Shown here piece by piece: positions 49,631 to 59,449 of a stretch of 64,000 nucleotides of DNA. Source of the DNA: Flavobacteriales bacterium. GTDB taxonomy: Bacteria; Bacteroidota; Bacteroidia; Flavobacteriales_F; PHOS-HE28. Positions within the stretch are counted from its first letter, which is position 1; every line of letters starts with the position of its first letter. Location of the stretch: assembly GCA_039931265.1 (NCBI GenBank), contig JBDTSG010000013.1:14711-78710 (forward strand), read 5' to 3'. The position numbers were made by a program, and so were the translations under genes. Under the pieces are notes generated by a model, which was not told the origin of the DNA, made no database searches, and was given only the letters and a program-made list of their open reading frames with translations.

Positions 49631-50566
49631 ATGAAGCGCTTCTTCATCATAGCGGTGCCCGTGCTCGTGCTTTTTGCATGCAGCAAGGAGCAAGTGAACC
49701 CGTACGACCAATTGGTGCATGCATCTCCGAACCCGCCTGCCGAAAGCCTGCCGCAGGACAATTTCGCCTGGTTGCACCAGCGCGTGTTCCGCCCCACCTG
49801 CGCCAACAGCGGTTGCCACGACGGCCATTTCGAGCCCGACTACCGCACCATTGCCAGCGCTTACAACTCATTGGTGTATGCCCCGGTGATCAACAACGAT
49901 CCACAAGAGAGCTTCACCTACCGCGTGTTGCCCGGCAACCCGGCTTTGTCCTTTCTCCACGAACGCCTCACCGTCTTCGTGCCGAACACCAGTGGCGTGA
50001 TGCCCTTGGAAACCATCGGCACCGATTGGTCGGACAACCAAGGCGCTTACATCGCCGCGATAACGCAATGGATCCAAGGCGGTGCCAAGGACATGTTCGG
50101 CGCCTTGCCTTCACTCGGCAACCGCGAGCCGCAGGTAACCGGCATGTTGGCCTTCGCTCCATGGAGTACGACCAACCCCTTCCCGCGCGGCACTGACCCC
50201 GGTGTACAGCCGATCGAAGTGACGGGCAACAGCATCGACCTCTGGTTCGCTTTCGCGGATGATAGCACGGCAGCGGAATCCCTCAGCTACAACAAGGTCA
50301 AAGTATCCACCGTGCTCGGCGGGTTCGCGCTGGTTCCTGAACAAATGCTTGCGGTCGGCAGCACACTGAACGGCCCCGATTTCGGGAACAACACCACAAC
50401 GTTCACGCACAAGGCCACCCTCGACCTGTCCACGTATGCACCGGGGACGATGCTCTTTGTGCGCAGCTACGTGAACGATGGTGACCACATCGATAACACC
50501 GAGGTGCCGAACGACGGCACCACATCGCCGATGCTCGGCTACTTCACGCTATTGGTCAACCCATGA
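49631..50566 (+). CDS. hypothetical lipoprotein with single CX4CH motif (CANSGCHDG)
   Basis: Lipobox LVLFACS. 311 aa. Confidence 0.45.
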   Translation: MKRFFIIAVPVLVLFACSKEQVNPYDQLVHASPNPPAESLPQDNFAWLHQRVFRPTCANSGCHDGHFEPDYRTIASAYNSLVYAPVINNDPQESFTYRVLPGNPALSFLHERLTVFVPNTSGVMPLETIGTDWSDNQGAYIAAITQWIQGGAKDMFGALPSLGNREPQVTGMLAFAPWSTTNPFPRGTDPGVQPIEVTGNSIDLWFAFADDSTAAESLSYNKVKVSTVLGGFALVPEQMLAVGSTLNGPDFGNNTTTFTHKATLDLSTYAPGTMLFVRSYVNDGDHIDNTEVPNDGTTSPMLGYFTLLVNP

Positions 50567-51009
50567 AACAGCTCATCGGCATCGTGGCCGCCGCTGCGGT
50601 GTTGACCTCCTGCAAGAAGGAGACGGTTGACAGTGTGCCACCGGAGATCGCGCTGGTGAGCGTTGGCCCCGGCACCGTGCTTCAGTTCGAGGACCGCGTG
50701 ACGCTCCATTTCACCTACAAGGATGGCAACGGTGATCTGGGCCAGGACGATCCCGACGCTTACACGCTGTGGGTGAAGGACAGCCGCTTGAACGCGGCGG
50801 ATGGCTACCACATTCCGCCGTTGGCCCCTCCGGGCGAGGAGATCCCGATCCAAGGCGAGCTCGAAGTCGAACTGGTGCCTCTCTTCCTGCTCGGGAGCAG
50901 CGGCGAGGAAACCATGACGTACACGTTCCACATCGAGGATCGCGCCGGTCATCATAGCAACGAGATCGTCACCTCGCCGATCGTCATCGTGGACAGCCTG
51001 CCTGATTGA
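50563..51009 (+). CDS. hypothetical small lipoprotein
   Basis: ATGA overlap with the upstream gene. Lipobox AAVLTSC. 148 aa. Confidence 0.45.
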   Translation: MKQLIGIVAAAAVLTSCKKETVDSVPPEIALVSVGPGTVLQFEDRVTLHFTYKDGNGDLGQDDPDAYTLWVKDSRLNAADGYHIPPLAPPGEEIPIQGELEVELVPLFLLGSSGEETMTYTFHIEDRAGHHSNEIVTSPIVIVDSLPD

Positions 51010-51013
51010 TAGG

Positions 51014-54000
51014 ATGTACTTCCGCAAGCCCATAGCCTTTGCGTGCATTGCCTTTTCGGCGATGACCACGGACGCACAGGTGCTGCAGGAATTCAACATG
51101 ACCGACACGGTGGTAACGCTTTGCAAAGGCATCCTGCTCGATAGTGAAGACGGTCCGGGAGGAAACATTTACAGCAACAATGAAGACTACACCTTCACGA
51201 TCGATGCGGGCGGCCCTGTGACGCTCGTGTTCGATGAGGTGTTCTGCACCGAGCAAGGTCTCGACCTGTTGACCTTCCACGATGGGCCTTCGATCCTTTC
51301 GCCGCAGATCGGTCCGGCTTACAGTGGTATCGTGGCGCCGCCGCCGATCACGAGCACGAGCTATTACCTCACCGTCCACTTCGTTACCGACGCGAACGTT
51401 GCCTACTGTGGTTTCGAGGCGCAATGGACCAGCGTGGTGATCCCACCCGTACCTCCGGTGATGACCGTTCCCACGGCACCGCTCTGCTCTGCGAATACGA
51501 TCGACCTGGCGTTCAGCTATCCGATCCCCTGCGACTCGATAAACCCCGATGCCTTCGTCATCTCGGGTTCCAACAACCCGGCGGTCACGAGTGCCATACC
51601 CACCAACTGCATCGGTGGCGAAACACAAACGATGCAGCTCGGGATCGACCCGACCTTCGACCGGAACTGCCCTTACGACATCGCCTTCACCATCGGTATC
51701 CGCGATCGGTGCGACTCGCTGTGGTACTTCACCATAAGCGCCAATACGCAGATCGCGACTTGTCCGCTCGGCGTGTTGATGGAACTGACAGAGGACACGA
51801 TCTGCGCTGGAAGCTGCACGGAACTGTTCGCCGATGTACAAGGCTGTCTCACCTACGCGTTCGCTTGGAACAACGGGTTGCCGAACAGCGCAGGACCGCA
51901 TACGGTATGTCCGAACGTCACAACAACGTACACGGTCACCGTTACGGAGAGCGGCACAGGTCAAACGGCGACCGGAAGTATTACGGTGGTCGTGTTCGAC
52001 TTGCAGGTGAGCGGGCCCACGGGTGCGATCTGCCAGTCCGATCCGGCGTTCAACTTGGGCGCAACACCGCCGGGCGGTACTTGGAGCGGTGCGGGTATCG
52101 TCGACTCGCTTGCGGGAACATTGGATCCCGATACCGCCGGTCCGGGAGTCCACACGATCACCTATTCCTTGGGGGGGTGCAGTGAGGATCTCATCGTCAC
52201 CATCGATAGCATGGATGCCGGCGTTACCCACGCGGCATGTCCCGGCACTGCGCCGTTCTTCATTCCGTACGCAACACCAACGGGTGGAATCTGGACCGGA
52301 ACCAATGTGCAGTCGAACGGCTTGTTCGACCCGAATGCCATCGGATCCTACCTGCTCACCTACACCGCAGGCAACTGCAGTGATACGGTAACGGTGAACG
52401 TGGACAACATCGTCGGTCAGTCGCAATTGGACACTGTTTGTCAGAGCACGTACCCCTTCAACATCCCCGTATCGCCCTTTGGCGGGCGGTGGAGCGGGCC
52501 GGGTATCGTGGATACGCTGTATGGCACGTTTGATCCTGACGAGGCCGGTGGCGGCTTGCATACGTTGCTGTATGACATGCACGGCTGCGACATGTCGTTC
52601 ACGATCTACGTGAAGGCCATCGACATCGGCGACGATCGCAGCGCATGTCCTTCTCAAGCACCGTTCGTGCTCACGCCTGCTGCGATCCCGCCGGGCGGTG
52701 CGTGGAGCGGTTTGGGGATCGCCGATGCGAGCACCGGATCGTACGATCCCATGCAAGCAGGGCTTGTTTGGGACGTGGTGACTTACGCGGCACCGAACGC
52801 CTGCGTGGATACCATCGGCATCCTGGTGGGTTGGACACAAGTGAACGACGACACGCTTTTCTTCTGCGAGGGTGATGGGGCATTGATCCTGGACGAGAGC
52901 ACCACGGGCCGTACCCCATGGGATGGCATTTGGACAGGCGCCGGCATCGCGCAAGACAACGATGGCAATTACTTCTTCGATCCCGCCCTCGCCGGTGTCG
53001 GTGAGCATCTCCTCCACTTCGATGCGAACACATGTGGCGACAGCATGCTGGCTATCGTACACCCTGCAACACTGGGTGTGCCCGATATGATCGTGTGCAG
53101 TGCCACGGGGCCATTCCTTTTGGCCGCCGTACCTGCAGGTGCGACTTTCACGGGTGATGGTGTGACCAGCACCGGCGTGTTCGATCCCGCGCAAGCAGGC
53201 GCTGGCCCGCACGCTATCGTCTACGACGCACCGGCGGGATGCTCGGATACGATCAACATCGATGTCTATCCATTCCAACAAGCCATCATCACCGGGGTGC
53301 AGGATACCTACTGCAGCAACGATGTATTGGTAAGCGTGCAACTGTTTCCTGCCGGCGGTGTCTTCACCGGATTGCCCGATACGCTCTTCAACCCATCGTT
53401 GCTTACCGATGGCATCTATGAACTTGTATACAGTGTCGGCTTCGGCCAATGCTTGAGCAGCGATACGCTTGTCTTTACGGACTACGGTGCCCTGAGCACG
53501 CAGGTGCTCGTGAGCAACAACCCGATCTGCGGCGACGGTGGATCGGTGATCGAGGTCGTGCCCAGCGGCGGCAACCCGAACTATCCCGTGAGCTATCAGT
53601 GGAGCGACGGGGCGTTCCCGATCGAAACGAACAACGTGAGCCCGGATAGCACAACGCTGTACATCGTGACGACCACGGACGGGTGCAGCGATCCCGTGAT
53701 CGACAGCGTGCTCATTACCGTGCATCCGCCGTTCCAGGAAGAATTCGCGTTCAGTGCGATGCAGTGCTACGGCGAACCCGGTTATGTGTCCGGTAGCGTG
53801 ATCGGCACCGGCACGTTCACGTTCTCATGGGATACCGGGTCGCTGCAGACCGGCGACAGCGTGAACCTTCCCGCCGGTGAGCTGGTGCAGGTGCATGTGG
53901 AGAACGACGCGACTGGTTGCAGCCACGACACATTGATCCAAGTACCGAGCTGGCCTGCGATCACCGCCTTGTTCAGCGCGAACCCGGATGAACCCTGTGT

Positions 54001-54487
54001 TCCTTGGGACCAACGCGATGTGACCTTCATCGACCTCAGCAACAACGCTGTTGGCGGGTACTGGGTGATCGATGGTGATACGGTTCCTTATTCCGTGGGC
54101 GGTGATCCGAACTACGACCTGGGTCACGCCGGTTACTACAGTGTTCAACTGGTGGTGTGGAACCAAGGCAATTGCACCGATAGCATGAGCCTCGACATCT
54201 GCATCGAGGACAGCGAAGCGATCTTCCTGCCCGATGCCTTCAGCCCGAACGGCGACGGCAGCAACGATGTGTTGTATGTCCGAGGTGGCACCATTGCCGG
54301 CATGGAGTTCGCCGTGTACGACCGTTGGGGCGCGCGCGTATTCAGCAGTACGCAACGGGAACACGGCTGGGATGGGAACACCAACGATGCGCAAAGCCCG
54401 AGCGGTGTCTACCTCTATACGCTCCAAGCCACGCTCGACAACGGTGACGTCATTGAACGCACGGGTAACATCACGCTGGTACGATGA
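51014..54487 (+). CDS. large Ig-like-repeat adhesin with T9SS type B (CHU_C) C-terminal domain (SprB-type cargo)
   Basis: Signal peptide MYFRKPIAFACIAFSAMTTDAQ. ~10 repeats of PPGG(T/A)WSG(A/P)GI...FDPxxAGxGxHTIxYxxxxC. C-terminus IFLPDAFSPNGDGSNDVLYV...VYDRWGARVFSS...WDGN. Confidence 0.8.
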   Translation: MYFRKPIAFACIAFSAMTTDAQVLQEFNMTDTVVTLCKGILLDSEDGPGGNIYSNNEDYTFTIDAGGPVTLVFDEVFCTEQGLDLLTFHDGPSILSPQIGPAYSGIVAPPPITSTSYYLTVHFVTDANVAYCGFEAQWTSVVIPPVPPVMTVPTAPLCSANTIDLAFSYPIPCDSINPDAFVISGSNNPAVTSAIPTNCIGGETQTMQLGIDPTFDRNCPYDIAFTIGIRDRCDSLWYFTISANTQIATCPLGVLMELTEDTICAGSCTELFADVQGCLTYAFAWNNGLPNSAGPHTVCPNVTTTYTVTVTESGTGQTATGSITVVVFDLQVSGPTGAICQSDPAFNLGATPPGGTWSGAGIVDSLAGTLDPDTAGPGVHTITYSLGGCSEDLIVTIDSMDAGVTHAACPGTAPFFIPYATPTGGIWTGTNVQSNGLFDPNAIGSYLLTYTAGNCSDTVTVNVDNIVGQSQLDTVCQSTYPFNIPVSPFGGRWSGPGIVDTLYGTFDPDEAGGGLHTLLYDMHGCDMSFTIYVKAIDIGDDRSACPSQAPFVLTPAAIPPGGAWSGLGIADASTGSYDPMQAGLVWDVVTYAAPNACVDTIGILVGWTQVNDDTLFFCEGDGALILDESTTGRTPWDGIWTGAGIAQDNDGNYFFDPALAGVGEHLLHFDANTCGDSMLAIVHPATLGVPDMIVCSATGPFLLAAVPAGATFTGDGVTSTGVFDPAQAGAGPHAIVYDAPAGCSDTINIDVYPFQQAIITGVQDTYCSNDVLVSVQLFPAGGVFTGLPDTLFNPSLLTDGIYELVYSVGFGQCLSSDTLVFTDYGALSTQVLVSNNPICGDGGSVIEVVPSGGNPNYPVSYQWSDGAFPIETNNVSPDSTTLYIVTTTDGCSDPVIDSVLITVHPPFQEEFAFSAMQCYGEPGYVSGSVIGTGTFTFSWDTGSLQTGDSVNLPAGELVQVHVENDATGCSHDTLIQVPSWPAITALFSANPDEPCVPWDQRDVTFIDLSNNAVGGYWVIDGDTVPYSVGGDPNYDLGHAGYYSVQLVVWNQGNCTDSMSLDICIEDSEAIFLPDAFSPNGDGSNDVLYVRGGTIAGMEFAVYDRWGARVFSSTQREHGWDGNTNDAQSPSGVYLYTLQATLDNGDVIERTGNITLVR

Positions 54488-55590
54488 TGAACTCACCCCA
54501 CACGCCGCAGGCCACAGGCCACAGGCTTCCCGCGCGCTATTCAAAGCCTGTGACCTGTGGCTTGAAGCCCGTGGCGATCTCTCTCACTGCTTCACTGCTC
54601 AGCTGCTTCAACGCTCCACTGCTCGCCCAGGACGTTCACTTCAGCCAGTTCTTCAATGCGCCTTTGGTCTTGAACCCGGCCAGTGCTGGTGATATCGATG
54701 GCGATCAGCGCGCCGCATTGATGTACCGTACGCAATGGCAGAGCGCCGGAAGTCCGTTCCGCACGCAGGCCTTCAGCTACGATCTGCCGCTGTTCCGCCA
54801 GCGCATGAAGGGACGCTACTTGGGAGTAGGTGTGCACCTCTTCAGCGACAAGGCGGGCAACACCAAGTTCGGCGATACGCAGGGCAACCTCAGCGTGAGC
54901 TACGCGATCAAGAGCGGCGAGAACACGTTGCTCTCTTTCGGTATCCAGGGCGGATACGGGCAGCGTAGCGCGGTGCTCAACGGCTTGCGCTGGGACAACC
55001 AATACAATGGCGCGGGCTTCGATCCGGCATTGCCCACGGGCGAAACGATGGCCGACGCCAGTACCAACTTCGTGGACTTCGGCGCTGGCGTTCTGTGGAA
55101 GAGTGAGTTCAAGAGCGGTGCACGGTGGAAGTCAGGCGCGTCGGTGTACCATCTGAACCAACCAACCGTCTCGCTTTTCGGCAGCAACGACGACAAGCTC
55201 TTGCGCCGCTATGTCGTACACGCTGAGATGCGTTTCGAGGGCAAGAAATGGACGTGGCTGCCGAAGGTCTATGTGCAACAACAAGGCGGCAACAGGGAGA
55301 TCGTGCTCGGGGCATTGATGCACCGCCGAATCGGACGCGATAGCCGCAGTACCACGTACCAGAACAGCAACGCGATCCATCTGGGTTGCTTCTACCGTTG
55401 GGGCGATGCCGTAGTACCCACTGTGCAGTTCGAATGGCAACGCAAACTGGTTGCAGCGCTCAGCTACGACATCAATGTGAGCCGCCTGCGGGCGCAGACC
55501 AGCATGCGCGGCGGCATGGAAGTATCGATCCAATGGATCGGTGTGTTCAACGACAAGCGCATGAAGCTGTCGAAGAGCAAGGTCTATTGA
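54484..55590 (+). CDS. type IX secretion system membrane protein, PorP/SprF family
   Basis: ATGA overlap with the adhesin stop. The PorP/SprF N-terminal signature LAQDVHFSQFFNAPLVLNPASAGD. 368 aa, a beta-barrel-sized protein. Confidence 0.85.
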   Translation: MMNSPHTPQATGHRLPARYSKPVTCGLKPVAISLTASLLSCFNAPLLAQDVHFSQFFNAPLVLNPASAGDIDGDQRAALMYRTQWQSAGSPFRTQAFSYDLPLFRQRMKGRYLGVGVHLFSDKAGNTKFGDTQGNLSVSYAIKSGENTLLSFGIQGGYGQRSAVLNGLRWDNQYNGAGFDPALPTGETMADASTNFVDFGAGVLWKSEFKSGARWKSGASVYHLNQPTVSLFGSNDDKLLRRYVVHAEMRFEGKKWTWLPKVYVQQQGGNREIVLGALMHRRIGRDSRSTTYQNSNAIHLGCFYRWGDAVVPTVQFEWQRKLVAALSYDINVSRLRAQTSMRGGMEVSIQWIGVFNDKRMKLSKSKVY

Positions 55591-55599
55591 ACGAGGAGA

Positions 55600-57573
55600 T
55601 CACGGGATCTCCACCCAATCACCGCCGTTCTTGATCAAAGCGATCAGCTCATCCACGGCTTGCTCTGCGGGCACGTTGCGCTTCACCACGTTCTTCTCCT
55701 TGTACAACGTGATCACCCCTGGCCCAGTGCCCACGTAACCGTAGTCGGCGTCGGCCATCTCGCCGGGGCCGTTCACGATGCAACCCATGATGCCGATCTT
55801 GACACCTTTCAGGTGGCTGGTGCGCGAGCGGATCTTGGCGGTGGTCTCTTGCAGATCGAACAACGTACGGCCACAGCTCGGGCAACTGATGTACTCTGTT
55901 TTGCTGATGCGTGTGCGCGTGGCTTGAAGGATCCCGAACGCCGTGCGGTTCACCAGTTCATCGGTGCCGCATTTCTCCAGACAGATCATCACGCCATCGC
56001 CGAGGCCGTCGAGGAGCAGCGCACCCATGTCGGTGCTGCTGTGCAGCATCAGTTGCAATTCGTTCAAACCCATATAGTCGCGACCGATTATCACGGGCAC
56101 ATCGCATTTCGCTTCCATGAGCTTGAAGAAGGCCGCACGTTGTTCGGCCATGCCATGCTCGTTCTCGGTGTCGAGCAGCAGTACGCATGTTCCGTCTTCA
56201 CTCAAGGCTTCGATGAGGGTATCCGACAAGTCGCGTAATTCAGCGCAGATGAAGTTCAGGTGCGGATGTGTGGCGGCCCCGTCCAGGAATTCCGCCGGGC
56301 GGAGGAAGGGATAGTGCCGGGGCTTGTCTTGGTCCTTCAACCAAGTTGCGTGCTCCTGTATCACGCCCAGTGTTCCCGGTATCTCGAAGTCAACGTGGTG
56401 ATCGCCGACGAACAGATAGTCGCACGCTTGATCGGTAAGGTTCCACTTATCCAATGGAACACTGTAGTGGTAGCCCCAACTGAACAGCGACGCCTGTGTG
56501 ACCTTCTCCTTCGTGCTCAGGTCGGCGATCACGATGGGTACGTGGCGCGCACCGATGTTCATTACCTCGCGTGTGTGGCGACGTTGGTGTGCGAAGGGTG
56601 AAAACGCCTCACCCCGGCCCTCTCCAGTGGAGAGGGGGTAATGCAGATCGTGGATCGGTGCGTGGCCTCGCCGCATGGTGTACCGGTCCACCAGTGCTTG
56701 CGCCACCGGGATCTCCGCCTCTGGTTCTTCCGTGAGGGAAACACGCACCGTATCACCGAGCCCATCTTCCAACAATGCACCGATGCCCACGGCGCTTTTC
56801 ACACGGCCGTCCTCACCATCGCCGGCTTCGGTAACACCGAGGTGCAGCGGGTAATCCCAGCCGAGCCCCATCATCTTGTTCACCAAGAGCCGGTAGGCCT
56901 GCACCATCACTTGGGTATTGCTGGCCTTCATGCTCAGCACAATGCTGTGGAAGTCCTCATCGCGGCAGATGCGCAGGAACTCGAAAGCGCTTTCCACCAT
57001 GCCGAGCGGTGTATCGCCATAGCGGTTAAGGATGCGATCGCTGAGGCTGCCGTGGTTGGTGCCGATGCGCATGGCGGTGCCGTGCTCCTTGCAGATGCGC
57101 ACCAGCGGCGTGAAGCGGTCGCGGATGCGTTCGAGCTCAGCATCGTACTGAGCGTCGGTGTACTCGCGCACATCGAACTTCTTCTTGTCGGCATAGTTGC
57201 CGGGGTTCACGCGCACCTTCTCCACGATGCGGGCAGCGATCTCGGCCGCGTTCGGTGTGAAGTGGATGTCGGCCACGAGCGGTGCCTTGAAGCCTTGCGC
57301 GTGCAACTGCTTCTTGATCTCAGCAAGATTCTCCGCTTCTTTCTTGCTCGGTGCGGTGATGCGCACCAGCTCACAACCCGCCTTGATCATGCGGATGCTC
57401 TGCGCCACCGTGCCTGCGGTGTCCATGGTGTCGGTGGTGGTCATGCTCTGCAACCGGATCGGATGCGCGCCACCGATACCCACGTCGCCCACCATCACCT
57501 CGCGCGTACGCCAGCGCTCATAACGCGAGAGCGAGGGGCAGTAGGTTGATGGTGCAGTGGATGTCGGGGGCAT
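55600..57573 (-). CDS. ispG: 4-hydroxy-3-methylbut-2-en-1-yl diphosphate synthase (IspG/GcpE), long Bacteroidota form with insert domain
   Basis: N-terminal TIM-barrel region IGGAHPIRLQSMTTTDT. C-terminal 4Fe-4S region CPSCGRT...GCIVNGPGE. 657 aa. Confidence 0.9.
   Translation of the reverse strand: MPPTSTAPSTYCPSLSRYERWRTREVMVGDVGIGGAHPIRLQSMTTTDTMDTAGTVAQSIRMIKAGCELVRITAPSKKEAENLAEIKKQLHAQGFKAPLVADIHFTPNAAEIAARIVEKVRVNPGNYADKKKFDVREYTDAQYDAELERIRDRFTPLVRICKEHGTAMRIGTNHGSLSDRILNRYGDTPLGMVESAFEFLRICRDEDFHSIVLSMKASNTQVMVQAYRLLVNKMMGLGWDYPLHLGVTEAGDGEDGRVKSAVGIGALLEDGLGDTVRVSLTEEPEAEIPVAQALVDRYTMRRGHAPIHDLHYPLSTGEGRGEAFSPFAHQRRHTREVMNIGARHVPIVIADLSTKEKVTQASLFSWGYHYSVPLDKWNLTDQACDYLFVGDHHVDFEIPGTLGVIQEHATWLKDQDKPRHYPFLRPAEFLDGAATHPHLNFICAELRDLSDTLIEALSEDGTCVLLLDTENEHGMAEQRAAFFKLMEAKCDVPVIIGRDYMGLNELQLMLHSSTDMGALLLDGLGDGVMICLEKCGTDELVNRTAFGILQATRTRISKTEYISCPSCGRTLFDLQETTAKIRSRTSHLKGVKIGIMGCIVNGPGEMADADYGYVGTGPGVITLYKEKNVVKRNVPAEQAVDELIALIKNGGDWVEIP
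56605..56638. repeat. REP-like palindromic element, copy B, embedded in-frame in ispG (encodes ...YPLSTGEGRGEAFSP...)
   Basis: Its reverse complement CCCCTCTCCACTGGAGAGGGCCGGGGTGAGGCG matches copy A (38218..38252): 20 of 20 in the palindrome plus the GGTGAGGCG tail. Confidence 0.55.
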
Positions 57574-57739
57574 GGTGCGAAGTTATCGGTGCGTTCCGGG
57601 GTGCGCATCAGGTGTGAAGTGCGATGCAATGGCCGGATGCTGCCGACCGTCGTCCCGGCTCGACCGCGCTGTTCGGCTTCAACCACCTGCGGAATGGCCC
57701 GATACATAGTTTCACGGCAACCCCCACATCCCCTGTACC

Positions 57740-58144
57740 ATGAATGCACAGCGCCTTCGGCACCTGTTCCTGCTTTTGCTTTTCAATGGTTTGGCGTTGC
57801 ACGCGCTTGGCCAATGCCAGCCGGGCAATATCGGTTGGTTGTCCAAAATGCTACGGATCAAGCACCAATTCGCGCGGCCTGCGCAGATCACATACACCAC
57901 AAAGCCTTCCAGTGTGTACGAGATCCCGTTCTTCCTGGTGGTCTACAGCAGTTTCGTGAAAGCCTCCGGCCAAGGCTACTTCTATCTCTGGATGGACCAC
58001 CAGAAGGCGACGGCCCGATGGATATCAAGGAGGGCGATGGTCGCATTTTCCATCTTTCCAATGGGGCAACGGTACCTCCTCCAGCCTCAGCACGTATCCG
58101 GGGATCAAGCATCAGTCCCTTGCTTTCTATCCGTTGAACGATGA
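57740..58144 (+). CDS. hypothetical secreted protein, possibly a frameshift-disrupted gene continuing to 58391
   Basis: Signal peptide MNAQRLRHLFLLLLFNGLALHALGQ. After ...GYFYLWMDHQ the frame turns Arg-rich and non-protein-like, while the other two frames over 57960..58391 look coding. Confidence 0.3.
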   Translation: MNAQRLRHLFLLLLFNGLALHALGQCQPGNIGWLSKMLRIKHQFARPAQITYTTKPSSVYEIPFFLVVYSSFVKASGQGYFYLWMDHQKATARWISRRAMVAFSIFPMGQRYLLQPQHVSGDQASVPCFLSVER

Positions 58145-58391
58145 AGCGCTCAACACGCTGTCCACCGTCGATGTGGATTCCATCAGCGTAACAACGCATC
58201 CGCAAGGTGCGGCCGCGGAGAAACGCATCATGCTCCGCTTCTCCGAACGGAACAAACGATGGATCATGGATCGGTGGGCCTGCTTGAAGGAGGAATTACA
58301 CGGACCGAAGGGATCGATCCAAGGGCTGCCCGCCTTCGATCGGGCATGGGTCGGCATACGGCAGCGGACCGCGCACGCGCGCATGCATTAA
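58134..58391 (+). pseudogene. possible 3' part of a disrupted gene (frame open from 57960; TTG at 58134)
   Basis: The frame reads ...SLAFYPLNDEALNTLSTVDVDSISVTTHPQGAAAEKRIMLRFSERNKRWIMDRWACLKEEL... with no ATG near its opening. It overlaps the 3' end of 57740..58144. Confidence 0.2.
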
Positions 58392-58534
58392 GAAAGCCGG
58401 GACGCTTGGCCCGAAGAGCCGAGCGCACATTGTTCCGGCACCGCAAGTGCTTTCCGGACCCGTGTTTTTTCACGGTGTGCCGATCAGGCGTGTCTTCTAT
58501 TTTGCCCACCCGATCCCACCCCTAACCCCCTATC

Positions 58535-59368
58535 ATGAAGCCTTACATCGTTTTGCTGGGCGCATTGCTCAGCACCAACTCTTTTTGCCAGGATACCACG
58601 GCCACCCAAGGCGGTGGCATAAAAGGCTTCTTGGCCAGCAACAAAGGATTCCGCGTCGGCGTGAGCATAGGCCCAAGGCTATTGCCCGGAAGCGGTGGCG
58701 AAGTGGAAGTGCGATACATCGACCAGTCGCCCAGCCGCGATAGTCTGCGTGCGGTGCTCGACATTCCGGCGGTGAAAGCCGTGCTGGCCTACCAACTGTA
58801 CGTGGAAGGCGAGTTCAACCGTGTGTTCCTGCAAGCCGGGCTCGAAGGGTTCTTCGGCAAATTCCACAGCCATGCACCCTTCATCGGTATCGGCGTTACG
58901 CCTTACCGGTGGAAGAACTGGGACGTGCGCCTCTCGGCCCGCCTCACCTATGGCAGCGGTAAGTACGTGTTGGGCGATGTGGAGAACAACTCGGTGTATT
59001 TCCAGATCGGCAATACGCAGATCTACGATCCCTACTTGCGCATGATCTACCGCGATCGGTATGTGGGCGTGATCCCCGCCATCGGTTTGGACAAGAGCAT
59101 CGGCAAGCATTGGGCGGTGCAGGCCAGCGCCAACCTGTTCGTTACCGTGCGCCACCACACACGCGTGCAGTTCTACGGCCACAACGGCGATGGCAAGAAC
59201 TCCGCGGACGACCCGGGCTTTTCGTTGAAGCCCACCGACGATGGCACCGCCGAGGTGGACCTGGATGAACTGGATCTGGATTTTATCCGCGACAACGAGG
59301 TGATCGACAAGCTGCCTTTGTACTACACGGGCCTGTCCTTTCTGGCAGGTGTGAGTTACATGTTCTGA
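58535..59368 (+). CDS. hypothetical outer-membrane beta-barrel-like protein
   Basis: Signal peptide MKPYIVLLGALLSTNSFCQ. Alternating hydrophobic strands. C-terminal ...LSFLAGVSYMF. Confidence 0.45.
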   Translation: MKPYIVLLGALLSTNSFCQDTTATQGGGIKGFLASNKGFRVGVSIGPRLLPGSGGEVEVRYIDQSPSRDSLRAVLDIPAVKAVLAYQLYVEGEFNRVFLQAGLEGFFGKFHSHAPFIGIGVTPYRWKNWDVRLSARLTYGSGKYVLGDVENNSVYFQIGNTQIYDPYLRMIYRDRYVGVIPAIGLDKSIGKHWAVQASANLFVTVRHHTRVQFYGHNGDGKNSADDPGFSLKPTDDGTAEVDLDELDLDFIRDNEVIDKLPLYYTGLSFLAGVSYMF

Positions 59369-59449
59369 GGGCGGCCCTGGATCCCGAGCGCAATGGACAG
59401 CCGGACGCGCGGGGATGCTCTGTGGATATGACTGGCTGACCTGCTCGGA

